NCBI GenBank assembly: GCA_027019205.1 | Contig: JALUWZ010000141.1 | Span: 1 to 39,851, forward strand | DNA: 39,851 nt | Direction: 5' to 3' | From: Emcibacter sp. | Lineage (GTDB): Bacteria > Pseudomonadota > Alphaproteobacteria > Sphingomonadales > Emcibacteraceae | Shown: positions 18,335-26,257 of the stretch, piece by piece | How the letters are laid out: every line of letters starts with the position of its first letter | Position numbering within the stretch: position 1 is the stretch's first letter | The notes under the pieces: generated by a model | Told to the model about the DNA's origin: nothing | What the model saw: the letters and a program-made list of their open reading frames with translations, nothing else | Databases searched by the model: none | Made by a program: the position numbers and the translations under genes

Positions 18335-18407
18335 TCCGCTCTCCTTCCATGAGTTGCATTCTGAACATGTCGTATCCCGTTCACAGGGATATACCAATAA
18401 TATGAAA

Positions 18408-18423
18408 TGCAAGAGGTGTGCCA
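18408..18423 (-). promoter_or_regulatory. Sigma54 -24/-12 promoter of flagellin 3
   Basis: Minus strand TGGCAC-acctc-TTGCA, an exact match to the consensus. Confidence 0.9.
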
Positions 18424-18489
18424 GTTTTTTATGTCCTATAACATATTGAAATATAAAGATAAAATTAAACGGGGGAAAGATAGACCATT

Positions 18490-18530
18490 ATGGCAGGAAG
18501 ATTCTGCCATCTGCCCGGCAAAGCTTGCAC
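18490..18530. promoter_or_regulatory. Pair of ftr-like (FlbD) enhancer dyads
   Basis: GGAA-gattc-TGCC and cccGGCA-aagct-TGCA (GGCA-N5-TGCC core), about 70-110 bp upstream of the sigma54 box. Confidence 0.6.
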
Positions 18531-18681
18531 AGCAGGGGACAGGAATCGTCGGCAGCACTCTGCTTTATTCGGAATATGAATTGATGCGTGACGAACAATA
18601 AGATATAAGGGAGAGGATAATTTTATGAAGTCAGTTCGGTTCAGGCCTGCTTTTAGTGACAGAATATCAGGGATATTTACC

Positions 18682-19482
18682 ATGACTGTAAAAGATAACA
18701 GGCGTCCCCGGCAAATTAACCTGATTCCCCTGACGGATGTCAGCACAGAGGTCCAGTTGGGCATACGCGAAATGCGTAATGAGGATACTGTCCGCAAATG
18801 GATGTTTACCGACCGTATTATCGAGCTGAATGAGCATCTGGCGTGGTTGAGCCGGATCAAGGGCGATCAAAGGCAGATAATTTTTGTTGTTATTGATGGT
18901 GAGGGTTGCCCCGTCGGGATTGCCAGTGTCAATGCCATTGATTATCCTCACAAGAAAGCGGACTGGGCCTTTTACCTGACGGAAAAGGCCCCTGCCGGAC
19001 TTGGTTCCGCTCTGGAATTTGCCTTTATCAATTTTATTTTTGACGCGCTGGATATGCAAAAACTGAACTGTCAGGTCATCGAAGGCAATGACAGGGTGGT
19101 CAAGCTGCATAAAAAATTTCTGTTCGAGGATGAAGGCTTCAAAAGGTCGGATATTATTAATAACGGCAAACGTATCGGTGTCCATCTTCTGGGCCTGACC
19201 AGAAAAGACTGGGACGAGGGGAAAGGCGGGGTTTACGAAAAATACGGCAAAAGTCTTGATAAATATTCTATCTCGGTCAGCTGGGATAACAGCCAGGGGA
19301 AAGGCGACGGGAAGCTGGTTGACCAGATTGAAATGGCCCGGGCGCGCAATAATCTGAACTGGATGAATATATTGCGGCTGGTGCTTGATTTGTCGCCTGA
19401 ACATGGCAAGGCTCTGATTGCCGATATCAGGGATATTGACAAGGAAATATCCAGATTGAGTGATAAACTGGTTTCGGAGTGA
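18682..19482 (+). CDS. pseH: PseH/FlmH-type N-acetyltransferase with an extra C-terminal helical domain
   Basis: REMRNEDTVRKWMF...EHLAWL...KADWAFY...KLNCQVIEGNDRVVKLHKKFLFEDEG; ATG 18682 follows AGGGA (ORF track start at 18625 is possible). Confidence 0.85.
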   Translation: MTVKDNRRPRQINLIPLTDVSTEVQLGIREMRNEDTVRKWMFTDRIIELNEHLAWLSRIKGDQRQIIFVVIDGEGCPVGIASVNAIDYPHKKADWAFYLTEKAPAGLGSALEFAFINFIFDALDMQKLNCQVIEGNDRVVKLHKKFLFEDEGFKRSDIINNGKRIGVHLLGLTRKDWDEGKGGVYEKYGKSLDKYSISVSWDNSQGKGDGKLVDQIEMARARNNLNWMNILRLVLDLSPEHGKALIADIRDIDKEISRLSDKLVSE

Positions 19483-19493
19483 ATTTTAGCCGT

Positions 19494-19940
19494 TCAGACA
19501 GTCTGGTTCAGAGTGATTGACGTCGGGGATTTTCTGGCAGATTTCGAGCCGTCGGCAGCGTAGCGATTTGTCCGGTTTTCACTTTTGACAACTTCCTCGC
19601 TTATCGCCTTGATCATGCTCTCGGAAATTTTCTTCAGGGCCATGACCAGTCTTTTATGGCGGGTCAGGGTTTCCTGGAAAATCCGCGCTTCCCGTTTTAG
19701 CCGGCGGATTGCCGGGCCGTTGCCGCTGGCCTGTAATCCGCCACGACTGGCGAGTTCGGCCATTTCCCTGTGATAACTTGCCATGAGCTGGTTTTTGATT
19801 GGCAGCAGTTTTTGCACCTCTGCGGGCCGACTGGTCTTCAGCAGCTTCATCTCCCGTGACAGAATGCCGGTCAGGTCCCGGATGGTTTCAATCAGGGCGG
19901 TTAGAAAATCTTTGTGATCTGAAACTGGTTTATTTGACAT
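19494..19940 (-). CDS. flgN: FlgN-like flagellar export chaperone
   Basis: Helical ~148-aa protein (L..E...L...K..L...Y pattern, C-terminal RYAADG...SITLNQTV) overlapping the flgJ stop. Confidence 0.6.
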   Translation of the reverse strand: MSNKPVSDHKDFLTALIETIRDLTGILSREMKLLKTSRPAEVQKLLPIKNQLMASYHREMAELASRGGLQASGNGPAIRRLKREARIFQETLTRHKRLVMALKKISESMIKAISEEVVKSENRTNRYAADGSKSARKSPTSITLNQTV

Positions 19941-20259
19941 TCGCTGGTCCAACTTCCTGTGTTTTCAGTATTTCCCGGTAAATGGAATCAGAAAGGCCGA
20001 TGCCGCCGCTGCGGGCAATTTGTTTGGAGATTTCCTCATTCATAACATCTTTGAAAATTGCCTCGCTGTTGCCGCCGCCAAAGGGACCATCGGATTTAAT
20101 GCCGACAGACATGCTTTTAAGAATCTGCGACAGGAAAACCGCCTCGAATTTTTCGGCAGTATCCCGGGCCTTTCGTTCAAAGGCTGTGGCCGGCCTTGGC
20201 AGTTTGGCAGTTTGGGTCAGTCTGGCCGCAGGGGGAATATTGACGAATTTCATATCCAT
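19930..20259 (-). CDS. flgJ: Single-domain FlgJ (rod-binding domain only)
   Basis: AEKFEAVFLSQILKSM...FGGGNSEAIFKDVM...GGIGLSD; follows flgI. Confidence 0.9.
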   Translation of the reverse strand: MDMKFVNIPPAARLTQTAKLPRPATAFERKARDTAEKFEAVFLSQILKSMSVGIKSDGPFGGGNSEAIFKDVMNEEISKQIARSGGIGLSDSIYREILKTQEVGPANVK

Positions 20260-21398
20260 TACATCACCTCTATTTCCGCATGGAGGGCGCCGGATACTTT
20301 CAGGGCCTGCAGAATGGCAATCATGTCACGGGGACCAATCCCGAGGGCATTCAGACCGTCAACAAGATCCTGCAGGTTGACGCCGGGCTTCAGCAGGGCA
20401 AATTTCTTGCCGGCGTTATCCTCAACATCAACTGTTGTTCTGGGAACGACGGTGGTATTGCCCTGACCCAGGGGATTTGGCTGGGAGACCTGCGGCGTTT
20501 CCGAGACCCGGATGGTCAGGTTACCCTGGGCAATGGCCACTTCCCCGACCCGGACCTCGTTGCCGATCACAATAATTCCGGACCGTTCGTCAACAACGAC
20601 CCGGGCTTTCTGGTCAGGCTGGATATAGAGCTGTTCTATATCCGTGACCAGATCAACCATATTACTGCTATAATTGTCCGGCTTGATCATCATAACAGTG
20701 GCCGGGTCAAGGGCCATGGCGGCCCGGGTTTTCATCTTGTCATTGATCGCCCGGGCGATACGTTCCGAGGTGGTAAAATCCGGATCGCGCAGGGACAGAA
20801 GAATTTTCTTCTTGGTGATCATGGAATAGTTGACTTCTTTTTCGACAATGCCGCCATTCGGAATTCTGCCTGCTGTCGGCACGCCCTGGGTGACGCTTGA
20901 CGCGGCCCCGCCAGCGGAAAATCCCGATACCTGTACAGAGCCTTGCGCGACGGCATAAACCTCGCCATCCGCGCCCTTGAGCGGGGTGACGATCAAGGTG
21001 CCCCCGCGCAGGTTTTCGGCATCGCCAATAGAGCTTACACTGACATCAAGGCGGTTTCCCGGACGGGCAAAGGGTGTTAAACTTGCGGTCACCATAACGG
21101 CGGCTACATTTTCCCCCTTCATTTTTGTCCCCCGGGTATTAACCCCGAGACGTTCCAGCATGGCGACGATACTCTGTTCGGTATAGGGGGCATTTCTGAG
21201 CGAATCGCCGGTGCCGTCCAGTCCAACCACAAGACCATAACCGACCAGCTGGTTTTCCCTGATTCCCTCAATAGAGACCAGATCCTTGATCCGGGATGCT
21301 GCCATGGCGGATAGCGGATTTGCCACCGCAGTGACGGCCATCAAAATCAGGGTGACCAGCTTTTGCCTCAGGGCGCATTTGGGGAACTTCTGCCACAT
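20259..21398 (-). CDS. flgI: Flagellar P-ring protein FlgI
   Basis: Signal peptide then SRIKDLVSIEGIRENQLVGYGLVVGLDGTGD; C-terminal DMIAILQALKVSGALHAEI. Confidence 0.98.
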   Translation of the reverse strand: MWQKFPKCALRQKLVTLILMAVTAVANPLSAMAASRIKDLVSIEGIRENQLVGYGLVVGLDGTGDSLRNAPYTEQSIVAMLERLGVNTRGTKMKGENVAAVMVTASLTPFARPGNRLDVSVSSIGDAENLRGGTLIVTPLKGADGEVYAVAQGSVQVSGFSAGGAASSVTQGVPTAGRIPNGGIVEKEVNYSMITKKKILLSLRDPDFTTSERIARAINDKMKTRAAMALDPATVMMIKPDNYSSNMVDLVTDIEQLYIQPDQKARVVVDERSGIIVIGNEVRVGEVAIAQGNLTIRVSETPQVSQPNPLGQGNTTVVPRTTVDVEDNAGKKFALLKPGVNLQDLVDGLNALGIGPRDMIAILQALKVSGALHAEIEVM

Positions 21399-21444
21399 AT
21401 CAAGTCCGTTTCAGAAAATTGTCATTATTACTCGGTTAGGGTTA

Positions 21445-21460
21445 TGCGAAATTCATGCCA
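21445..21460 (-). promoter_or_regulatory. Sigma54 promoter of flgI-flgJ-flgN
   Basis: Minus strand TGGCAT-gaatt-TCGCA (GG-N10-GC), 47 nt upstream of the ATG. Confidence 0.75.
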
Positions 21461-21575
21461 GAAATAACGGAAAGATAAATAATATATAACATATTGTTTT
21501 GTATAAGTATTTTGCCTTCTAAATATCTATGATGCGTGCAAAGTCCGGCATATTGAGAATATTTTTCCCGTTGCA

Positions 21576-21592
21576 GGGCAAGGCTTGCCGGG
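21576..21592. promoter_or_regulatory. ftr-like (FlbD) dyad in the flgI/fliX spacer
   Basis: gGGCA-aggct-TGCCggg. Confidence 0.65.
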
Positions 21593-21672
21593 CAATAAAG
21601 ACCAGTTCTGTCTATGAAGCCGTGCCATGATCTGTTACTTATATATCCTGACCCCAATCTTGTGAGGACTCT

Positions 21673-22086
21673 ATGGAAATAAAAGGACCGGGAAGAATTA
21701 CGACCGTGTCGCGCAAGGGAAAAAAGCGACGCAGCAGCAAGGCGGAATTTGGCAAAAATCTGTCTCCGGAGGAGGTATCTTCTGCCGCGCCGCCGAGCGG
21801 CACCTCCCCCCTGACGGCGGTCAGTTCCCTGTTATCCCTGCAGGAGATCCCGGCGGACAGTAAAGGCCGTCGGGAAGGACTCGATTTTGCCGATGATCTT
21901 CTGGGGCATCTGGAAATGATCCGCCACGGATTGCTTGCCGGGCAAATTCCCCGTCATAACCTGAAAGATGTTATCAGGGTGGTTTCCCGGCAGCGCAGCC
22001 TGACAAATGACCCTGCTCTTGACGAGATTCTGGCCGATATGGAACTCCGGGTCAGAGTGGAACTGGCAAAGCTTGAAATGCTGTAA
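21673..22086 (+). CDS. fliX: Flagellar assembly regulator FliX
   Basis: LLSLQE...DDLLGHLEMIRHGLLAG...DPALDEILADMELRVRVELAKL; divergent from flgI and followed by dksA as in Caulobacter. Confidence 0.9.
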   Translation: MEIKGPGRITTVSRKGKKRRSSKAEFGKNLSPEEVSSAAPPSGTSPLTAVSSLLSLQEIPADSKGRREGLDFADDLLGHLEMIRHGLLAGQIPRHNLKDVIRVVSRQRSLTNDPALDEILADMELRVRVELAKLEML

Positions 22087-22114
22087 ATACAGCTTTTGCC
22101 CTTGTGGCGCTCCC

Positions 22115-22152
22115 CCGTAATATTGACCGTAATATTGACCGCAATATTAACC
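22115..22152 (+). repeat. 12-bp tandem repeat x3 in the dksA promoter region
   Basis: CCGTAATATTGA CCGTAATATTGA CCGCAATATTAA CC. Confidence 0.9.
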
Positions 22153-22153
22153 C

Positions 22154-22182
22154 TTGAAATCCGGGGATGAGTTGAGTAGGTT
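22154..22182 (+). promoter_or_regulatory. Sigma70-type promoter for dksA
   Basis: TTGAAA-N17-TAGGTT, 50 nt before ATG 22233. Confidence 0.45.
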
Positions 22183-22232
22183 GTCCTCCAAAAGCAAGCA
22201 GTATTTCGGACGGATATAATCAGAGGTTATTG

Positions 22233-22649
22233 ATGGAAACCAAATTGCCGGAAGGATATAAACCTTCACCAGACGAAAAATTTATGAATCGGTATCAGAC
22301 ACAATATTTCTATAACAAGCTCACAGACTGGAAAGACGAAATTCTGCGCGAATCCAGAGAGACGCTGGCCCATCTTCAGGAGGACAGCCAGAAGGAGCCT
22401 GATATTGCCGACCGGGCCTCATCGGAAACCGACTGGTCGATTGAACTCCGAACCCGTGACCGGCAGCGTAAACTGATTGCCAAAATTGATGCGGCAATTG
22501 AGAGAATTAAAAAGGGGGAATATGGTTATTGCGAAGTAACCGGAGAACCGATTGATCTGGAGCGGCTGGATGCCCGCCCGATTGCCATGATGACTCTGGA
22601 AGCCCAGGAAGAGCATGAGAAATATGAAAAAGTCCACCGGGATTCTTAA
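22233..22649 (+). CDS. dksA: RNA polymerase-binding factor DksA (one-cysteine type)
   Basis: Coiled-coil tip PDIADRAS (DxxDxA), LRTRDRQRKLIAKI, YGYCEVTGEPI...RLDARP. Confidence 0.96.
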   Translation: METKLPEGYKPSPDEKFMNRYQTQYFYNKLTDWKDEILRESRETLAHLQEDSQKEPDIADRASSETDWSIELRTRDRQRKLIAKIDAAIERIKKGEYGYCEVTGEPIDLERLDARPIAMMTLEAQEEHEKYEKVHRDS

Positions 22650-22681
22650 AAAAAACCGGCGACTATATCATCCTGTAAAAT

Positions 22682-22715
22682 AAAAGGACCGTACTCTTCT
22701 GGTACGGTCCTTTTT
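22682..22715. terminator. Bidirectional intrinsic terminator between convergent dksA and flgH
   Basis: AAAAGGACCGTAC-tcttctg-GTACGGTCCTTTTT. Confidence 0.9.
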
Positions 22716-22782
22716 CTTTGTGGGGGAAGTGGCGGATGAATGTTGCCATCATCCGCTGAACACATATTTCACAAAGATATTC

Positions 22783-23574
22783 CTAGAAAGGAAACAGGAT
22801 GTCGAATAGTTGCGAGCCATAACGGGCCTGCTGGACATCGGTGAGCTGGCCCCGGCCCCCATAGGAAATTCGGGCTTCGGCAATCTGGGTATGGTCTATG
22901 GTATTGGTCGAACTTATATCCTCCGGCCTGATAACGCCCATAACCGTCAGTTCCCTTACTTCAAAATTTACCCGGACTTCCTGACGTCCCTGTATGACCA
23001 TATTGCCATTGGGCAGTATCTGGGTTACCACGGCGGCAAGTGTCAGGTTAATTGATTCCTTGCGGTCAACCTTGCCACTGCCGACATTGGATGTTGTGCT
23101 GCCCATATCCACCAGCGATGTCGGGTCAACACTGTTGGGCAGAATTTTGCCAAGTTGACTTTCAAGGCCGAGAAATTTGGTGCTGTTGGCCTTATCAGAA
23201 TTGGCGCGGGTCCGGGTTGTTTTGTTATCAATACTAGCATCATCATTAACGACAACATTGACGGTCAGAATATCACCGACTTTGCTGGCGCGCTGATCCC
23301 GGAAGAAATTCTTTGACCCGATCCGCCAGAGAGAATTTCCCGGATGAACCTTGTTAATATTCTGTCGGGGCGCCACCTGAATGCTTCTGTCTGATGGTCT
23401 GTTCTGCTGGGGGACAACACGTTCAGGTTTGATTGGTGCCAGATCAGGGGTCGCGCCGATATTGCTGATCCGGTTAAGGGCACTGCAGCCCGGCAGCAGA
23501 AGAATCAGGGCAAGCACCAGCCAAAATGTTGTTTTTATCCCCGGGGTGCGGAAGATGAAGGATGAATGACTCAT
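22783..23574 (-). CDS. flgH: Flagellar L-ring lipoprotein FlgH
   Basis: Lipobox LPGC; FFRDQRASKVGDILTV; LPNGNMVIQG; IAEARISYGGRG. Confidence 0.97.
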   Translation of the reverse strand: MSHSSFIFRTPGIKTTFWLVLALILLLPGCSALNRISNIGATPDLAPIKPERVVPQQNRPSDRSIQVAPRQNINKVHPGNSLWRIGSKNFFRDQRASKVGDILTVNVVVNDDASIDNKTTRTRANSDKANSTKFLGLESQLGKILPNSVDPTSLVDMGSTTSNVGSGKVDRKESINLTLAAVVTQILPNGNMVIQGRQEVRVNFEVRELTVMGVIRPEDISSTNTIDHTQIAEARISYGGRGQLTDVQQARYGSQLFDILFPF

Positions 23575-23602
23575 TTTAATAATCCTTGATTGTTAACGGA
23601 CC

Positions 23603-24601
23603 CTAATTCAGTTGGGCCAGGTTATTGCGGGCCAGATTACTGCGTACCAGATTACTGCGGGCTGTCAGGACCTGCACCCGTCCCGGGCCGATCACCATGG
23701 CGTCAATATTTTTATGCGACTTGCTGTTGATCACCCGAATAATATCACCCTGTCCGCCATTCTCTGCCGCCTTGCCAAGTGCCGTAAGACTAATTTTCCC
23801 CGACCTGTAGATGATGCTGACCATCTTGCCCCGGCTGACAATTACGGGCCGTTTCAGGTCGCTGAGTTTAAGCGGGGTTTTGTCATTCAACTGGCGCCGG
23901 GGGGTAAGACCGACAACCTGATCCTTGCGGCGGATAATATTGCGGCCAATATGCAGGTTTGGCATGGCCACCCATGTAATATCCTTTTCGGTAATTTCCT
24001 GCCCGGGCAGAATAGATTTATTCAGGGCCGGAACGTAGCTTATGGCCTGGGTGCGGCCCCGGACAATCGCGGTGGTGTGGCTGCCATTGCCGGCGGGGAG
24101 AGAGATCAGGGCGGAGAATTTTCTGCTTTTCTGATCGAAAGAGAGGTCTTCAAGGGTGATGTCGTCGATGCTGCTGTCCTCCGGCAGATAAAGTCTGGCA
24201 TTGCGACTGGTAAAATAAAATTTTGTTTGCCGGTCTGTCAGTTTGCGGGCTGACAATTCCCGCCCGATCAGGGACTTCAGATCCTTGTGCCGGATGCTTT
24301 TGCCTTTTCGGGTGACGATAATCCGGCGCACGGCGCGACTATTCTGCCAATAAATATTATGCTGCCGGGTGAGGGTGACCAGATAGCGGGTCGGGATGGA
24401 TATTTTCTCTCCGGGCGCGGGGGAATCCATCACCCGGATATCCCGGCCCTCCTCCAGATTTTCCAGCACATCGCCCAGTGTTATCACCGCACCGGTGACA
24501 GTGGCGGTGGCCTTTACCTCTGCGAGGGCAAAGGATAACTGCGGGGTTGTGGTCCAGGACAGGATCAGCAACAGACTGCCTAATATTATGCGGTTCATCA
24601 T
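23603..24601 (-). CDS. flgA: P-ring formation chaperone FlgA
   Basis: Signal peptide; C-terminal VSRGKMVSIIY...LTALGKAAENGGQGDIIRVINSKSHKNIDAMVIGPGRV; between flgG and flgH. Confidence 0.92.
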   Translation of the reverse strand: MMNRIILGSLLLILSWTTTPQLSFALAEVKATATVTGAVITLGDVLENLEEGRDIRVMDSPAPGEKISIPTRYLVTLTRQHNIYWQNSRAVRRIIVTRKGKSIRHKDLKSLIGRELSARKLTDRQTKFYFTSRNARLYLPEDSSIDDITLEDLSFDQKSRKFSALISLPAGNGSHTTAIVRGRTQAISYVPALNKSILPGQEITEKDITWVAMPNLHIGRNIIRRKDQVVGLTPRRQLNDKTPLKLSDLKRPVIVSRGKMVSIIYRSGKISLTALGKAAENGGQGDIIRVINSKSHKNIDAMVIGPGRVQVLTARSNLVRSNLARNNLAQLN

Positions 24602-24607
24602 ATTATT

Positions 24608-25393
24608 CTATCTCAGATTAGAGGTCACGCTCATCATTTGATCGGCGGTTGTGATCACCTTGCTGTTCATCTCATAGGCCCTTTGTGCCGTGATCAGGGC
24701 CGTAATTTCCGAAACCGAGTTTACATTGGAATTTTCCAGAAATTTCTGCTGTATCACCCCGAAACCCGGCGTATCGGCAACCCCGACATTGGCGGTGCCG
24801 GAGGCAGGGGTTTCAAGAAACTGGTTATCGCCAATCGCCTCAAGACCGGCGGGATTGGGGAAGGTAACCAGTTCAAGCTGCCCGATATTACTCGGGGTGA
24901 TCTGTCCCTGCAGCTTGACCAGTATCTCGCCGTTGGGATTGATGGTAATATCGGTTGCCCCCTGGGGGACCGTCAGGCCGGGCGAGACGGTGTATCCTTC
25001 GATCGTGACGATCTGACCGGTCGGGCCGAGCTGGAATGATCCCGAGCGGGTATAGGCGTCATCGCCGTTGGGCAGAGTGATGCGGAAATAACCATTGCCA
25101 TTGACCGCAAGATCAAGCGGGTTTCCCGTCCCCACAACACTGCCCTGTTGGGTAATCCGGTAAACGCCACCGGTTTTCACCCCGACGCCGACCTGAATGC
25201 CGGTGGGGGTAATGGTTCCGGTATCAGAGGAATTGGCCCCGACCCGTTCAATATTCTGATAGAGCAGGTCCTGAAATTCTGCCCTTTGCCGTTTAAATCC
25301 TGTGGTATTCATATTGGCGATATTATTGGAAATAACTTCCACGTTAAGCTGTTGGGCGATCATGCCGGTTGCGGCTATACTAAGTGCTTTCAT
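24608..25393 (-). CDS. flgG: Distal rod protein FlgG
   Basis: ATGMIAQQLNVEVISNNIANMNTTGFKRQRAEFQDLLYQ; LENSNVN; QRAYEMNSK. Confidence 0.98.
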   Translation of the reverse strand: MKALSIAATGMIAQQLNVEVISNNIANMNTTGFKRQRAEFQDLLYQNIERVGANSSDTGTITPTGIQVGVGVKTGGVYRITQQGSVVGTGNPLDLAVNGNGYFRITLPNGDDAYTRSGSFQLGPTGQIVTIEGYTVSPGLTVPQGATDITINPNGEILVKLQGQITPSNIGQLELVTFPNPAGLEAIGDNQFLETPASGTANVGVADTPGFGVIQQKFLENSNVNSVSEITALITAQRAYEMNSKVITTADQMMSVTSNLR

Positions 25394-25417
25394 AATGCGT
25401 ATCCTGTGTCTTTGGTT

Positions 25418-26158
25418 CTATCCAACCTTGCCTAGCAGGTTGATAGCCCGGCTTCTGGCCCGCTGGAGATTGTCAATAAGCTTTGCGGTTTCAATATAGG
25501 ACCGGCTGACTTCAATCATGCGGGTAAGTTCGATAATCGGCTGGACATTTGATCCTTCGATCATGCCCTGAATAATATGATAATTGGTTGCCGGCAGGGG
25601 GGGAGCGTCTGAATTAAACATATTTTCGCCTATTTTTTTCAAACTGGATTCATTGGTAAATCTTACCACATTCAATTTGGCGATCTGTCCGGTTTTCGGG
25701 GATGATATGGTGCCATCTTCCGCTATTTTAATATTGGTTATCCTCGGCGGTATTTTTATGGATTTGCCTGATTGATCCATAATTTCCTGACCTGTGGAGG
25801 TGATCAATGTATAATCAGGAGACAGGGCCAGATGGCCATTCCGGGTATAGGCCAGATCGCCATTTCCCCGCTTGACCTGAAACATCCCGTCGCCATTCAG
25901 GGCGATGTCAAAAAGATTGCCGGTGGTTTCAAGATGGCCATCCTTCATGTTCCGCGCCACGCCCAAATCCTGAACGTAGGAAATATTCCTGACTGACTTT
26001 GGCAGGCTGCCGTTGACCTCCTTGACATACTGGCTGAACATGACATTTTCCCGCTTGAAGGCGGTGGTGCTCATGTTGGCAATATTATTGGCGATTATAC
26101 TCATCTGGCGCCGTCGGGCGACCTGATGCGAAAGCGCAATTGTTAATGTTGTGTCCAT
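25418..26158 (-). CDS. flgF: Proximal rod protein FlgF (start re-assigned to MDTTL)
   Basis: IIANNIANMSTTAFKRE, TGNLFDIAL, YTRNG, QGMIEGSNVQP; AAAGGA RBS before ATG 26158. The ORF-track start lies inside the sigma54 box. Confidence 0.95.
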   Translation of the reverse strand: MDTTLTIALSHQVARRRQMSIIANNIANMSTTAFKRENVMFSQYVKEVNGSLPKSVRNISYVQDLGVARNMKDGHLETTGNLFDIALNGDGMFQVKRGNGDLAYTRNGHLALSPDYTLITSTGQEIMDQSGKSIKIPPRITNIKIAEDGTISSPKTGQIAKLNVVRFTNESSLKKIGENMFNSDAPPLPATNYHIIQGMIEGSNVQPIIELTRMIEVSRSYIETAKLIDNLQRARSRAINLLGKVG

Positions 26159-26201
26159 CTTGGGTCCTTTCTGGCCGTTCGATTTTTCCCGATTCCATCT
26201 A

Positions 26202-26217
26202 TGCATATCCTGTGCCA
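26202..26217 (-). promoter_or_regulatory. Sigma54 promoter of flgFGAH
   Basis: Minus strand TGGCAC-aggat-ATGCA. Confidence 0.85.
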
Positions 26218-26257
26218 GTAATAAAACTGAGCAAAAACAATATGTTATGATATTGTC

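Noticed and set aside
19930-20259. FlgJ lacking the muramidase domain as a pseudogene
   Set aside because: Single-domain FlgJ is normal in Alphaproteobacteria.
22233-22649. DksA missing three of four zinc-finger cysteines
   Set aside because: One-cysteine, zinc-independent DksA is established in Alphaproteobacteria.
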